A stretch of 64,000 nt of DNA from an uncultured Methanosarcinales archaeon (GTDB lineage Archaea; Nanobdellota; Nanobdellia; Woesearchaeales; GW2011-AR9), in assembly GCA_964498285.1 (NCBI GenBank), contig CAZCGN010000001.1:444681-508680 (forward strand). The letters are read 5' to 3'. The translations under genes and the position numbers were made by a program. The notes beneath the pieces were generated by a model. It was not told the DNA's origin. It saw nothing but the letters and a program-made list of their open reading frames with translations, and searched no databases. Numbering within the stretch: the stretch's first letter is position 1; each line of letters starts with the position of its first letter. This document shows, piece by piece, positions 16,720-26,830 of this stretch.

Positions 16720-19700
16720 ATGCCAGTAGCATCCAGACATATACAACAGTACTTTGAAGAAATAAGCAAAGAGGTTGACCTGTGCTATTCTATTGCAAAC
16801 GATGCGAGAAGCAAACTGCTTGATCCAGCACCAACCTCAGAAATCATGCTTGCACATACTATGGCAGAAAGAGTTATTGGTCTCGTTTCTATGGCAGCAC
16901 CACAATTATTAGGAACAGATATCCCTAAACGTGTTGAAGAACTTGAAAAAGAGTATGGGGCGCTCGATTGGCGGGTGGGATTTAAAATAGCGGTGGAAGT
17001 TGCCCAGGAAAAATTCTGCAAATTTGAGGATAAACGAGAGGCAATGGAAGTGGGAATTAGAACGGGTTTTGCGTATTTAACGTTAGGAATTGTTGCAGCA
17101 CCACTTGAAGGATTTGTAAAGCTTGATATTAAACAGAGAAAAGATGGTAAAGAATACTTTGGGCTTAACTATGCTGGCCCTGTGCGAGGGGCAGGTGGTA
17201 CGGCATCTTCCACTTCAGTTATTTTAGCAGACTATGTTCGTGTACAGATGGGTTACGCGCCATACGATCCGCAGGAAAAAGAAGTTTCCCGGTACATAAC
17301 TGAAGTACACGACTATCATGATCGTATAACTAATTTACAGTATCATCCTTCAGATGATGAAATCAAGTTTATGGTATCACACTTGCCCGTTGAAGTTACG
17401 GGCGATCCTACAGAACGTATTGAAGTTTCCAACTACAAGGATCTTGAAAGAATTCCAACAAACCTCATTCGGGGAGGCATGTGTCTTGTTGTAGCAGAAG
17501 GGTTGTGCCAAAAAGCACCAAAGTTGTGGAAACGTCTTTCTAAGTGGGGAAAAGACATGGATCTTGAGTGGGGATTTCTAGGCGATTTCCTCAAATTAAA
17601 AGAAAAGATTCATGCAAAACATGGCGAGGAAAAAAAGTCTGATTCTAAAAAGGATGCAAAACCGAAAGTCAAAGCAAATAACACGTTTATTATGGACATA
17701 GTTGCCGGAAGACCAGTTCTTACTGACCCAATTCAAACCGGTGGGTTTCGCCTGCGCTATGGTAGAGGCAGAACGTCCGGTTTTTCAGCATCCGCTGCGC
17801 ATCCAGCAACAATGGTTGTTGTTAATGATTACCTTGCTATCGGAACACAACTCAAAATTGAAAGACCAGGCAAAGGATGCACCATTACTGCATGCGACAG
17901 TATTGAAAGTCCCATTGTTCGCTTGAAAAATGGCTCTGTGATCAAACTAACCTCAGCAGAACTTGCAAAAAAAATGTTTTATGAGGTTGATGAAGTCTTA
18001 TTTTTGGGCGACATTCTCTTTAACTATGGAGATTTTAGCGAGAACGGACAAAAGTTGGTTCCGGCAGGGTATTGTCCTGAGTGGTGGGTGCTCGAAGTTG
18101 AGAATGCATTAAAAGAAAAGTACTCTATTCAAAAAATAGATGAAACCTCATTGGAAAAATTTGCAGAGCAAATTGGTTCAAGTACAGAAGATGTTAAGTT
18201 GTGGCTTACTAATTGCTTGTATAACTCACCTCCATTTGATGTAGCGCATAAAATATCACAAGAGTTTAAGGTTCCCTTGCATCCAGAACACCTTTTGTAT
18301 TATGATTGCATCTCATTTGAACAATTTAAGGATCTGTGTGAATATTTTCCTAAAGCAAAAGTAAAAAAGGATGCTCAAGGGAAAGTCCTTAAAATAGTTC
18401 TTCCATATTCAGTAAATGATACAGCATCTCTTAAAGCTAAGCGTGTTCTTGAGGAGTTAGGCGCACTTCATGAAGTAGTAAATAATGAAAGTATTGTACT
18501 TGCAAAAAAAGAAGCTTCTCTCATTGCAACATCCATTCTTCCTTTCATTGAGAAAATAGGCGTGTCAGGTGCAGAGAAATATGAAACTGCATTAGACTTT
18601 TTAGCTGAACATTCAAGTATTGAACTGCGTGCAAAGGGGGGGACATTCATTGGCGCAAGAATGGGAAGACCCGAAAAAGCAAAAATGCGTTCAATGAAAG
18701 GGTCTCCACACGGTTTATTTCCAATAGGAGAAGAAGGTGGGCGGTTACGAAGTTTTCAAGCAGCATTGCAAAAAGGGTACGTTGAATCAGCATTTCCATC
18801 GTACTTTTGCTCCAAATGCGTCAAAGCAAGTGTGTATCTGAGGTGTGATACGTGCAATAGTGAGTGCACACTCAAATTTCATTGTAGAACGTGTGGCGAC
18901 CTTGAAAAAGAGACCTGTAGGCATGGAAATGCACGAAAATATCGTACAACAAAAATCGATGTGCGTAAATATTTTTCTTCAGCAAAAGAGAGGCTTGGTG
19001 AAACATTACATCCAGACCTAATCAAGGGTGTTCGAGGCACATCAAATAGGGACCATACGGTTGAACATTTATCAAAGGCGATTCTTCGGGCAAAACATCG
19101 GTTGTATGTAAATAAAGATGGCACAACAAGATACGATATGACTGAGCTTCCAATAACGCATTTCAAACCAAAAGAAATTCAAACGTCGGTTTCAAGGCTT
19201 AAGGAGCTAGGGTACTTGCAAGATATTCATGGTAAGGCTTTGGTAGATGATAACCAGCTTCTAGAAATCAAGCCACAAGATGTGATCATGCCGGGGTTCG
19301 ATTCTATTGAAGAGTCATCTTCACAGGTTCTTATACGTGTTGCACAATTCATTGACGAATTGTTAGTCAAATTTTACGGTCTTGAGCCGTATTACAATGT
19401 AAAAGAAGCAAAGGATCTTGCGGGTCACCTCATTATCGGGCTTGCCCCACATATTTCAGCCGGAACCGTTGGAAGAATCATTGGATTTTCACAGACACAA
19501 GGTATGATCACGCACCCGATGTATCATGCGGGTCTTAGGCGTGATTGTGATGGGGATGAAGCGGCAGCCCTTCTGCTTCTTGATGGATTACTTAACTTTT
19601 CAAAAAAGTTTTTACCTTCTTCAAGAGGTTCTACAATGGATGCTCCGTTGGTTTTAACACCAGTTCTGGACCCAGCAGAGGTTGATGACCAGGTGTTAGG

Positions 19701-20322
19701 GGTTGATGTCATGTGGAGGTACCCTTTAGAATTTTACGAAGCAAGTTTGGAGATGAAAGCACCGTGGGAGGTGAGGTTCGGTAAAGACGAAAAGAAAATA
19801 GAACAACTTGACCACAGGCTTGGGAAAGAAAACCAGTATGAAGATTTTGGGTTTACCCATCCGGTTGATAACTTTAACAAAGCAGTTCAGTGTTCAGCGT
19901 ACAAAACACTGCCCACGATGAAAGACAAACTGTTTGGTCAAATGGACATTGCCCAGAAAGTGCGTGCAGTTAACATGGGTAATGTAGCGCGCCTTGTGAT
20001 TCAACGGCATTTTTTGGCTGACATAAAAGGGAATTTACGAAAATTTTCAATGCAAACGTTTAGATGTTCAAGTTGTAACGCAAAATATCGAAGACCGCCT
20101 CTTTCACGCAAATGTACTGCATGCAAATCGCCGAAACTGCTTTTTACTATTTCCGAAGGATCTGTTGTAAAGTACTTAGAACCTTCAATGGATTTGGCAA
20201 AAGAGTATGATTTCTCACCATATTTGAAAGAAACAATTCATTTGCTTAAATCGAACATTAATGCGGTGTTTGGAAAAGGGCGCGATAAACAAACAGGGTT
20301 GGGCGCGTTTATGGTGAAGTAA
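16720..20322 (+). CDS. dp2: DNA polymerase II (PolD) large subunit DP2
   Basis: 1200 aa. Characteristic DP2 N-terminus. Cys clusters CSKCVK...CDTCNSEC...CRTCG and CSSCNAKY...CTACKSP. No intein-sized insertion. Confidence 0.95.
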   Translation: MPVASRHIQQYFEEISKEVDLCYSIANDARSKLLDPAPTSEIMLAHTMAERVIGLVSMAAPQLLGTDIPKRVEELEKEYGALDWRVGFKIAVEVAQEKFCKFEDKREAMEVGIRTGFAYLTLGIVAAPLEGFVKLDIKQRKDGKEYFGLNYAGPVRGAGGTASSTSVILADYVRVQMGYAPYDPQEKEVSRYITEVHDYHDRITNLQYHPSDDEIKFMVSHLPVEVTGDPTERIEVSNYKDLERIPTNLIRGGMCLVVAEGLCQKAPKLWKRLSKWGKDMDLEWGFLGDFLKLKEKIHAKHGEEKKSDSKKDAKPKVKANNTFIMDIVAGRPVLTDPIQTGGFRLRYGRGRTSGFSASAAHPATMVVVNDYLAIGTQLKIERPGKGCTITACDSIESPIVRLKNGSVIKLTSAELAKKMFYEVDEVLFLGDILFNYGDFSENGQKLVPAGYCPEWWVLEVENALKEKYSIQKIDETSLEKFAEQIGSSTEDVKLWLTNCLYNSPPFDVAHKISQEFKVPLHPEHLLYYDCISFEQFKDLCEYFPKAKVKKDAQGKVLKIVLPYSVNDTASLKAKRVLEELGALHEVVNNESIVLAKKEASLIATSILPFIEKIGVSGAEKYETALDFLAEHSSIELRAKGGTFIGARMGRPEKAKMRSMKGSPHGLFPIGEEGGRLRSFQAALQKGYVESAFPSYFCSKCVKASVYLRCDTCNSECTLKFHCRTCGDLEKETCRHGNARKYRTTKIDVRKYFSSAKERLGETLHPDLIKGVRGTSNRDHTVEHLSKAILRAKHRLYVNKDGTTRYDMTELPITHFKPKEIQTSVSRLKELGYLQDIHGKALVDDNQLLEIKPQDVIMPGFDSIEESSSQVLIRVAQFIDELLVKFYGLEPYYNVKEAKDLAGHLIIGLAPHISAGTVGRIIGFSQTQGMITHPMYHAGLRRDCDGDEAAALLLLDGLLNFSKKFLPSSRGSTMDAPLVLTPVLDPAEVDDQVLGVDVMWRYPLEFYEASLEMKAPWEVRFGKDEKKIEQLDHRLGKENQYEDFGFTHPVDNFNKAVQCSAYKTLPTMKDKLFGQMDIAQKVRAVNMGNVARLVIQRHFLADIKGNLRKFSMQTFRCSSCNAKYRRPPLSRKCTACKSPKLLFTISEGSVVKYLEPSMDLAKEYDFSPYLKETIHLLKSNINAVFGKGRDKQTGLGAFMVK

Positions 20323-20323
20323 T

Positions 20324-20629
20324 TTATCCCAAATACCCTTCTGCGTGTGGAACACCATCGATTACTAAAATTCGTGCAGGATCAACTATTCCAAGATCAA
20401 CACCAATTTCCACTGCATGAACGCCCGTTAAATGCACAACATACGCTTTTTCTAAAAGTGTGAGAACATCTTCCTTATTCATTTCTTCACCTTTATAGAA
20501 CTCTTTAGATAAATCAAGTTGCAAATCACCTTGTTCGAATTGTTTGCCTAAAATGTTAGAATCAGTAATGACAACAACAATTCCGTGCGGTGAAGAATGT
20601 TCTTTTACAATAAATGTGGGCTTTTCCAT
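20324..20629 (-). CDS. Small conserved archaeal hypothetical protein (DUF424-like)
   Basis: 101 aa. Starts about 2 nt from the dp2 stop on the opposite strand. Confidence 0.35.
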   Translation of the reverse strand: MEKPTFIVKEHSSPHGIVVVITDSNILGKQFEQGDLQLDLSKEFYKGEEMNKEDVLTLLEKAYVVHLTGVHAVEIGVDLGIVDPARILVIDGVPHAEGYLG

Positions 20630-21040
20630 CTATTTAATATTTTTAACAGGTTTTTTTGTACCGCATGCTTGGCATCGCAAGTACATAATTCCTTTGTCTT
20701 CTACGATCTGCGTATCTGGTTTGTTACACTCTGAACAAAACACAAACTCGCTGGCATACTTCTTTATTTTCTTATTAAACATCTTTGCAGAAATTTTTGC
20801 AGGAAAGACCGCTCGTGTCCCAACATATTTTCCAGCACTCGCAGTTTCACGTAAAAGATACTTGAGAAGATGAGTAGGATCTCGTCCTAAATCTTTTGCA
20901 ATTTTTTTAAGATTACTCAAAATAGTTTTACTTCCTTCGATGTGACCTTGCACTTTATCTATTGTAAATCTTTCGTCACCAGAGGTCAGCTCAGGAAGTT
21001 CAGATTGTGCTTTTTTGAGTAAATCTTCGTATGATTTCAT
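20630..21040 (-). CDS. Translation initiation factor aIF2 beta subunit
   Basis: Zinc ribbon FCSECNKPDTQIVEDKGIMYLRCQACG and an eIF2beta/eIF5 domain. The likely start is the internal Met MKSYEDLL. The longer frame to 21172 looks like a spurious extension. Confidence 0.8.
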   Translation of the reverse strand: MKSYEDLLKKAQSELPELTSGDERFTIDKVQGHIEGSKTILSNLKKIAKDLGRDPTHLLKYLLRETASAGKYVGTRAVFPAKISAKMFNKKIKKYASEFVFCSECNKPDTQIVEDKGIMYLRCQACGTKKPVKNIK

Positions 21041-21156
21041 TCTATCTTGTGTTTTGTATCCTGTTTTATAAAGATTTTCCCATAGATGTGAACGGTAAGA
21101 TTTATATATCCGAAAATAGTTGTTAGAGATATAAAAATCAAAGAGGTTAGAAGAGA

Positions 21157-21408
21157 ATGGCAGGATTATCATTAATGCAAGTTGTGCTTGCGGTTATTAT
21201 CGGAACGTTAGCTGCGATAGTGTATTCATTACGTGTTCTTATTATGCTTGAAAGACGTGTTGCAAGTATGGAGATGAACATACAACGAATGACAACACGA
21301 ATCTTACGAGAAGAAGCTGTTATTGAGCGTGCGCTTAAAGTAAGGCGAAGACCAGCTGCACGAAAAGCTCCAGCAAAACGTAAATCGGCGCGTAGAAAAA
21401 GGCGTTAA
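21157..21408 (+). CDS. Small membrane protein with an Arg/Lys-rich tail (weak)
   Basis: 83 aa with one TM helix, then RRRPAARKAPAKRKSARRKRR. Confidence 0.3.
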   Translation: MAGLSLMQVVLAVIIGTLAAIVYSLRVLIMLERRVASMEMNIQRMTTRILREEAVIERALKVRRRPAARKAPAKRKSARRKRR

Positions 21409-21412
21409 ACAA

Positions 21413-22306
21413 TTATTTTCTTTTTTTAACTTTAGATTTCTTAGTAACTTTCTTTTTGGTGGCTTTTTTGCGTGATACAGTTTTCTTTTTCTTGAGAATT
21501 TTTTTCTTCGCTGCTCGTTTCTTGCGAGCAACTTTTTTAGCCTTCGATGATTTTTTTACAGACGTCTGTTTCTTCTTTGCAAGTTTTTTCTTTTTTAGAG
21601 CAGCCTTTTTCTTCCTAAGAGCTTCACGTTCACGCTTACGTTTCTGAGCCGCCCTCTTCTTTTCAAGCTCTTTTCTCTTTTTCGCTAAAATCTTATCTTT
21701 CTCTTCTTTAAGAAGACGCTTCTCTTCTCTTCTCCGCTCTTTTTCTTCCTGCTTTTTGATAGCTTTCTTCTTTGCTGCACGCTTTTTTCTCTTTTCCTCA
21801 GCTGCCAAACGAAGTTCTTCTTCAATTTCTACGATTGTTGATTTTAGCTCTTCAATACGTATTGAGCTATCATCTTGCTCAAGAAGTTTTCCACATTCTG
21901 GACATCTAAACTCAAATTCAAGCGCATCATCAAAATCAAGACGCACACATTTTTCGGGACATTGAAAAAAAACCTTATTTATTTCTTGATTCAGTTCTTC
22001 TGTGAGTTGGACAAGTAATTCACGACGCCTTTTAAGGTATGCAAAGCGTAAACTTTCAGTAACAAGCGTCCAATAATAGATGTACCACCCTTTTTGTTTG
22101 TCCTTTTTACGAGTAAATGAAACTAAATTATGATTATAGAGCAAATAGAGCATTTTTCGCACAACTTTAATGTCTTTTTTGAGCTTTTTTGCAATATCGA
22201 ACTCTGAGACGTTCTCAGCATCTTTAAGAAGGTCAGCAAGTTTGAGTCCATCTTCTCCTAAAATTCTAAGGACAACTTCATCAATTTTCTTCTGTGTGAG
22301 CCGCAT
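21413..22306 (-). CDS. tfe: Transcription factor E alpha (TFE/TFIIE-alpha) with a roughly 130-aa Lys-rich low-complexity C-terminal tail
   Basis: N-terminal winged helix. Zn ribbon CPEKC...CPECG. After about residue 165 the sequence is almost entirely K/R/E/A (KKRAAKKKAIKKQEEKERRREEK...KKSKVKKRK). Confidence 0.85.
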   Translation of the reverse strand: MRLTQKKIDEVVLRILGEDGLKLADLLKDAENVSEFDIAKKLKKDIKVVRKMLYLLYNHNLVSFTRKKDKQKGWYIYYWTLVTESLRFAYLKRRRELLVQLTEELNQEINKVFFQCPEKCVRLDFDDALEFEFRCPECGKLLEQDDSSIRIEELKSTIVEIEEELRLAAEEKRKKRAAKKKAIKKQEEKERRREEKRLLKEEKDKILAKKRKELEKKRAAQKRKREREALRKKKAALKKKKLAKKKQTSVKKSSKAKKVARKKRAAKKKILKKKKTVSRKKATKKKVTKKSKVKKRK

Positions 22307-22386
22307 TGTAAGTAAGAACCGTATTTAGTGTCTACTCTGAGTAATAACAGTTTTAAATGTTTCGTAAAAAGCTCTACTTTTTCCCT

Positions 22387-22785
22387 TTATTTCCTTAGTT
22401 CAACGACTTCTTGGCAGGTAAGCCCTCGCCTTCTTGCTAAATCAAGGGATACGACAAACGATTTGCCAGAATCTTTCAAATCTTCAAGCATCAAAAAGTA
22501 CCATTCTTCGGCTGGAAACCGGACGGCAACCCAAGCTTCAGCTCCGAACTGGCGTGAAAAGACCTGTAACTGCTCAATCTCACTATTTGTAAAATATTTT
22601 TTCCTCTCTTGCGTTACTTTACACTCAATTGCAAGCCTGCGAACACCATTTCCTGCCAAGACGTCAGGAGACGGATATTTCGTGCTTCCTGAGCCTGCAA
22701 CACGAATTGCTGAATATCCATGCTCATTAAAGAAGATGACAAGTTCACGCTCACCTTTCGTCCCCTTTGCCTTGCAATTCACCAT
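22387..22785 (-). CDS. hjc: Holliday junction resolvase Hjc
   Basis: KGTKGERELV...GSGSTKYPSPDV...ECK nuclease motifs. 132 aa. Confidence 0.85.
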   Translation of the reverse strand: MVNCKAKGTKGERELVIFFNEHGYSAIRVAGSGSTKYPSPDVLAGNGVRRLAIECKVTQERKKYFTNSEIEQLQVFSRQFGAEAWVAVRFPAEEWYFLMLEDLKDSGKSFVVSLDLARRRGLTCQEVVELRK

Positions 22786-22795
22786 AAAGATAGGA

Positions 22796-23689
22796 TCAGA
22801 AGCTTACCTTCATAAAATCTTCGGCAAAAGTCACATCATCACAGAATTGTTGCGCTTCTTCAACATGCGCAGACGTTGTTTTATAGCGTGGGCTGATATG
22901 GGTGAGAATCAATTTTTTCACGTTTGCATCACTTGCAAGCTTCCCAACCTCGAGCGCAGTCATATGACTATGTTTAATGGCGTTTTTCTTCTCATCACTA
23001 TGAAATGTACTCTCGCAAATAAGAACAGTAGCATCTTTGGCTAAATCGCTTGCTCCTTGGCATGGTCTTGTATCGGCAATATACGCAACTTTTTTCCCAG
23101 GAACGGTATACGTAACATCCTTGCTTAAAATCTTTTTTCCTTTGAATATAACGTTCTGCCCGTTCTGTAGTTTGCCTAAAATTGGTCCACTAAGCCCGAG
23201 TTTTTTTGCTTGCGCAACCTTAATACGACGTTTATTCTGTTCAAAAAATGCGTAGCCCAAGCAGGGTTGAGAATGTTTAAGCTTATGAGCCTCAAGTTTG
23301 AAATCTTTGCTCTCAAAGATAACTCCTTCTTTTGTTATCTCATGTACTTCAAAATCTACCATACCAATGCTTGCAAACGAGCGTAGCATGTATTTCATGT
23401 ACTGTTTTGTGCCTTTCGGCCCATAAATGTGCAACTTTTTGACAAACTGATCTGCACCCATTGTACTCATAAGGCCCGGAAGCCCAAAACAATGGTCGCC
23501 ATGCCAATGGGTAATACACACCCGTGTCACTTTACTTGGTTTAAGACCAGCAATCCTCATTTGGCGTTGAATACCTTCACCACAATCGAACAGAATATTC
23601 TCTTCTTTTGCTGTAAGAAGAATACCAGAGTGGTTCCTCTCTTTAGTTGGCTTCATGCATGTTGTTCCAAGAAAAGTAATGATTCCCAT
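22796..23689 (-). CDS. rnz: Ribonuclease Z (tRNA 3' endonuclease)
   Basis: Metallo-beta-lactamase ITHWHGDHCFGLPGL, with downstream His and Asp motifs. 297 aa. Confidence 0.9.
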   Translation of the reverse strand: MGIITFLGTTCMKPTKERNHSGILLTAKEENILFDCGEGIQRQMRIAGLKPSKVTRVCITHWHGDHCFGLPGLMSTMGADQFVKKLHIYGPKGTKQYMKYMLRSFASIGMVDFEVHEITKEGVIFESKDFKLEAHKLKHSQPCLGYAFFEQNKRRIKVAQAKKLGLSGPILGKLQNGQNVIFKGKKILSKDVTYTVPGKKVAYIADTRPCQGASDLAKDATVLICESTFHSDEKKNAIKHSHMTALEVGKLASDANVKKLILTHISPRYKTTSAHVEEAQQFCDDVTFAEDFMKVSF

Positions 23690-23706
23690 TAATGGTGAAA
23701 ACTATG

Positions 23707-24345
23707 CTAGATACTTAAAACTTTTTCTAGTTCTTCAAGCGTTTTGATTTTTGGGTGATACTCTCGAGAATTTTTACGATCAACTAAAATTGCCCGTATA
23801 TCTTGCGCTTTTGCTGGAATAATGTCGCTTTGAATACCGTCGCCCACCATTACACATTCGTGTGGACTTACATTCAACTTTGTAAGGACTTGTTCTAGAA
23901 ATTGTGGATCACTCTTTATTGCCCCAACTTTATATGAAAGAAAGATGTGATCAAAAAGGGTGTTCATCTCGAATTTTTCAAGAACACGCTCAACAGAAAA
24001 TGAATCTGTGCTTGCGATAAGAACAAGCGTATGGCCCTGACTCTTGAGCTTTGTGAGAACCTCTTTAACTTCACTATAGGGTTCTGCAAGCATCCAGGAT
24101 TTATTCCACATTCCCACCAATCTTTCAACTGTTTGTTCGTTTGCAGTAATACTAAACTCTGTGCAAATGGCTTCAAATGCGTTGTGAAGAGTTTCGAACT
24201 CTTTTGTCATCATCATGCGCTCCATTCGTATGACATACTCAGAAAAAGGGAGTTTGATCTCAAGAATATTACGAACCTGTTTTATTGGGCTCCACACGCC
24301 ATGCTCCACCACAGTCCCCCAAAAATCGAACAATATTGTTACCAT
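23707..24345 (-). CDS. HAD-superfamily hydrolase
   Basis: N-terminal LFDFWGTVVE (HAD motif I-like) and a C-terminal GDGIQSD (motif IV-like). Confidence 0.6.
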   Translation of the reverse strand: MVTILFDFWGTVVEHGVWSPIKQVRNILEIKLPFSEYVIRMERMMMTKEFETLHNAFEAICTEFSITANEQTVERLVGMWNKSWMLAEPYSEVKEVLTKLKSQGHTLVLIASTDSFSVERVLEKFEMNTLFDHIFLSYKVGAIKSDPQFLEQVLTKLNVSPHECVMVGDGIQSDIIPAKAQDIRAILVDRKNSREYHPKIKTLEELEKVLSI

Positions 24346-24448
24346 TAAGTGTAGAATGGGGCTTTTTCTATTTATATTTTATTGAACTCTAAGCGAACTA
24401 AGCTCTGTTCGGTAGATATTTATACTACCTTAGATTCTTGATGTATCG

Positions 24449-25525
24449 ATGAAGATTGAAGAAAGAATAGCACTCATTCAAGAAGTGGGCGAGGAGATTG
24501 TCTCAGTTGATGAGCTGCGCGAGCTTCTCAAAAAGAAAAAGAAGTTTATTGCATATGATGGGTTTGAGCCATCAGGACAGATTCATATTGCTCAAGGAAT
24601 CTTACGTGCAATCAATGTTAATAAGATGACAAAGGCAGGTGCTCATTTCAAGATGCTTGTTGCTGACTGGCATGGGTGGGCAAACAATAAGATGGGTGGG
24701 GATCTTGAAAAAATCCAAATTGTGGGTAAATATTTCATTGAAGTATGGAAAGCAAGTGGCATGGACTTGAAAAATGTAGAGTTTGTCTGGGCATCAGAAC
24801 TATTAAACAATAGAGAATACTGGAAAACGGTCATGCAAGTTGCACGCCAAAGCACACTTAAGCGTGTGTTACGAACAACCCAAATTATGGGAAGAGATGA
24901 AACTGAGGGCCTTCAAGCGTCCCATATCATATACCCCTGTATGCAAACAGCAGATATATTTCATCTTAAAGCTGATGTATGTCAGTTAGGTATGGACCAG
25001 AGGAAAGTGAACGTTCTTGCAAGAGAGCTTGGGCCGAAAATAGGGTTCTACAAACCAATTATCGTCTCACATCATATGCTCATGGGACTTTCAGAACCAG
25101 TATCCAACACAAAAGATGCTAGAAAAAGAGCAATCGAGATGAAAATGTCTAAATCAAAACCGGACACAGCAATTTTTATGACAGATAGCTCGCAAGATGT
25201 CAAACGTAAAATGAAAAAAGCGTGGTGTCCTGAGAAAGTTGCTAAAGACAACCCCATTTTAGAATATTGCAAGTACATTATTTTTGAGAAGTTTGATAAT
25301 TTTACAATCACAAGGCCCGAGAAATTTGGTGGAAACGTTAAGTTCAGCTCTTATACCGATCTAGAACAAGCGTACGCGAAAGGCGAAATTCACCCTGCAG
25401 ATTTGAAAAATGCAACAGCGGATTATATTGATACACTTCTTGAACCTGTACGAAAACATTTTGAGAAAAATGCAAGTGCACGTAAACTCAAAGAGCAAGT
25501 TGAGAACTTTAAAGTCACTCGGTAA
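24449..25525 (+). CDS. tyrS: Tyrosyl-tRNA synthetase (archaeal type)
   Basis: YDGFEPSGQIHIAQG (HIGH-class motif) and KMSKS (EMKMSKSKP). Pattern closely follows archaeal TyrRS. Confidence 0.85.
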   Translation: MKIEERIALIQEVGEEIVSVDELRELLKKKKKFIAYDGFEPSGQIHIAQGILRAINVNKMTKAGAHFKMLVADWHGWANNKMGGDLEKIQIVGKYFIEVWKASGMDLKNVEFVWASELLNNREYWKTVMQVARQSTLKRVLRTTQIMGRDETEGLQASHIIYPCMQTADIFHLKADVCQLGMDQRKVNVLARELGPKIGFYKPIIVSHHMLMGLSEPVSNTKDARKRAIEMKMSKSKPDTAIFMTDSSQDVKRKMKKAWCPEKVAKDNPILEYCKYIIFEKFDNFTITRPEKFGGNVKFSSYTDLEQAYAKGEIHPADLKNATADYIDTLLEPVRKHFEKNASARKLKEQVENFKVTR

Positions 25526-25530
25526 GAATT

Positions 25531-26739
25531 TCATTTCCCTTCTATAATGACAGTTGAGTTAAAAGTAAAATATTTTCTTGCAACACGCCCGATGTCTTTA
25601 ATGGTAACTTTTCGAACATGTGTTACATAGTTATCCAATTCGTCTGCTCCTTTGATATGTTCCCAGACCAAAAGTTGGTCTGCAATTTGTTGCGTGCTCT
25701 CAAGATTAATGTAAAAATTTCCTTCAACAAACCGTTTAGCTTCATCCAAATCCTTGGTTGTAATAGATTGCAATTTTGCAAGTTCTTCTTTCATAACTTT
25801 ACGGGCAATAGCAATATTCTTTTTATCAACGCTTGCGTAGAGGGCAAAATAGCCAAAATCAATATCTGATACATGGTGTGTTCCGACATCGTATGCAAGT
25901 CCACGGTTTTCACGTAGTTCAGTAAAAATTCTTCCGCTTTGTCCTCTTCCTAAAATTCCATCAATCACATCAAGAACATAACTATCTTTGTGTTTACGTG
26001 AAACGGTAGAATACCCAACAACAATCTGTGTGTTGATAACTTCTCGTTTATGCTTTTTGAGGTTACTGCGTTTCTGTTTCGGCTCAGTATGTATCTTGTG
26101 AAGCCTCTTTTTTTGGCTGTCAAATGATTTACCAAAATATTTTGAAATTACCTGTTTCCAATTTGAAACATCTCCTACAAGCGAGAGAACCATGTTTTCT
26201 GGCCTATAATATTTGGCGTAGTATTTGCGAACATCATCAATTGTAAGGCGAAGAATTTGTTTTCGATCTCCATAGACAGGATTTTTTATAGGATGTTTTT
26301 TGAACAACGTTTGTTGCAAAAGAATCCATTGATAATACCGAGGGTTATCATAGAGCATATCGATTTCCTTAAGCACAACATTTCGTTCCCGTACAAACGC
26401 TTTTTCCAAAAACAACGGATTAAACAAAATATCTGAGAGAACATCTGCTGCGAGCGCAAACTGTTTTTTAAGTACCTTGATATGATAGTTTGTGCGAACA
26501 GCAGTAGTATACGCATTAAACTCACCGCCGACTCGTTCAATTTCGTTTGCAATAGCTCTTCCAGTTGGTCTTTTTGGTGTCCCTTCAAAAAGTAAATGCT
26601 CGATCATATGCGAGATGCCACGCTCTCCTTCAGATTCATCATTACTTCCAACCTTTACCATGACCTCACAAGTAAGGGTTTTAGCTTTTATTGGGTAGTA
26701 CAGAACAGTAAGCCCATTAGGTAAAATAACACGTTTCAT
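25531..26739 (-). CDS. M16-family zinc peptidase (pitrilysin/insulinase-like)
   Basis: Inverted zinc motif HMIEHLLFEGT (HxxEH). 402 aa. Confidence 0.75.
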   Translation of the reverse strand: MKRVILPNGLTVLYYPIKAKTLTCEVMVKVGSNDESEGERGISHMIEHLLFEGTPKRPTGRAIANEIERVGGEFNAYTTAVRTNYHIKVLKKQFALAADVLSDILFNPLFLEKAFVRERNVVLKEIDMLYDNPRYYQWILLQQTLFKKHPIKNPVYGDRKQILRLTIDDVRKYYAKYYRPENMVLSLVGDVSNWKQVISKYFGKSFDSQKKRLHKIHTEPKQKRSNLKKHKREVINTQIVVGYSTVSRKHKDSYVLDVIDGILGRGQSGRIFTELRENRGLAYDVGTHHVSDIDFGYFALYASVDKKNIAIARKVMKEELAKLQSITTKDLDEAKRFVEGNFYINLESTQQIADQLLVWEHIKGADELDNYVTHVRKVTIKDIGRVARKYFTFNSTVIIEGK

Positions 26740-26830
26740 GTATGATAAAATGATATTTTTTGAGTATATATAAGTATCGAAGGGCCTATCAAAGCAAAGA
26801 TTTAAAGACTTTGAAAGGACTCTTTAGAAG

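Noticed and set aside
8293-20322. Checked MCM, PolD DP2 and (later) gyrA for inteins or other large insertions
   Set aside because: All three are of canonical length with colinear motifs. No homing-endonuclease or Hint-like blocks were seen.
21041-21172. 44-residue N-terminal extension of the aIF2-beta ORF (MIILPFSSNLFDF...)
   Set aside because: Hydrophobic and unconserved. The canonical aIF2-beta begins at the internal MKSYEDLL, so the start was moved.
21420-21810. Highly repetitive AAG/AAA/AGA-rich DNA that at first glance resembles a tandem repeat or degenerate array
   Set aside because: It lies entirely inside the TFE-alpha reading frame and simply encodes the Lys/Arg-rich tail. There are no regular repeat-spacer units, so it is neither a CRISPR array nor a non-coding tandem repeat.
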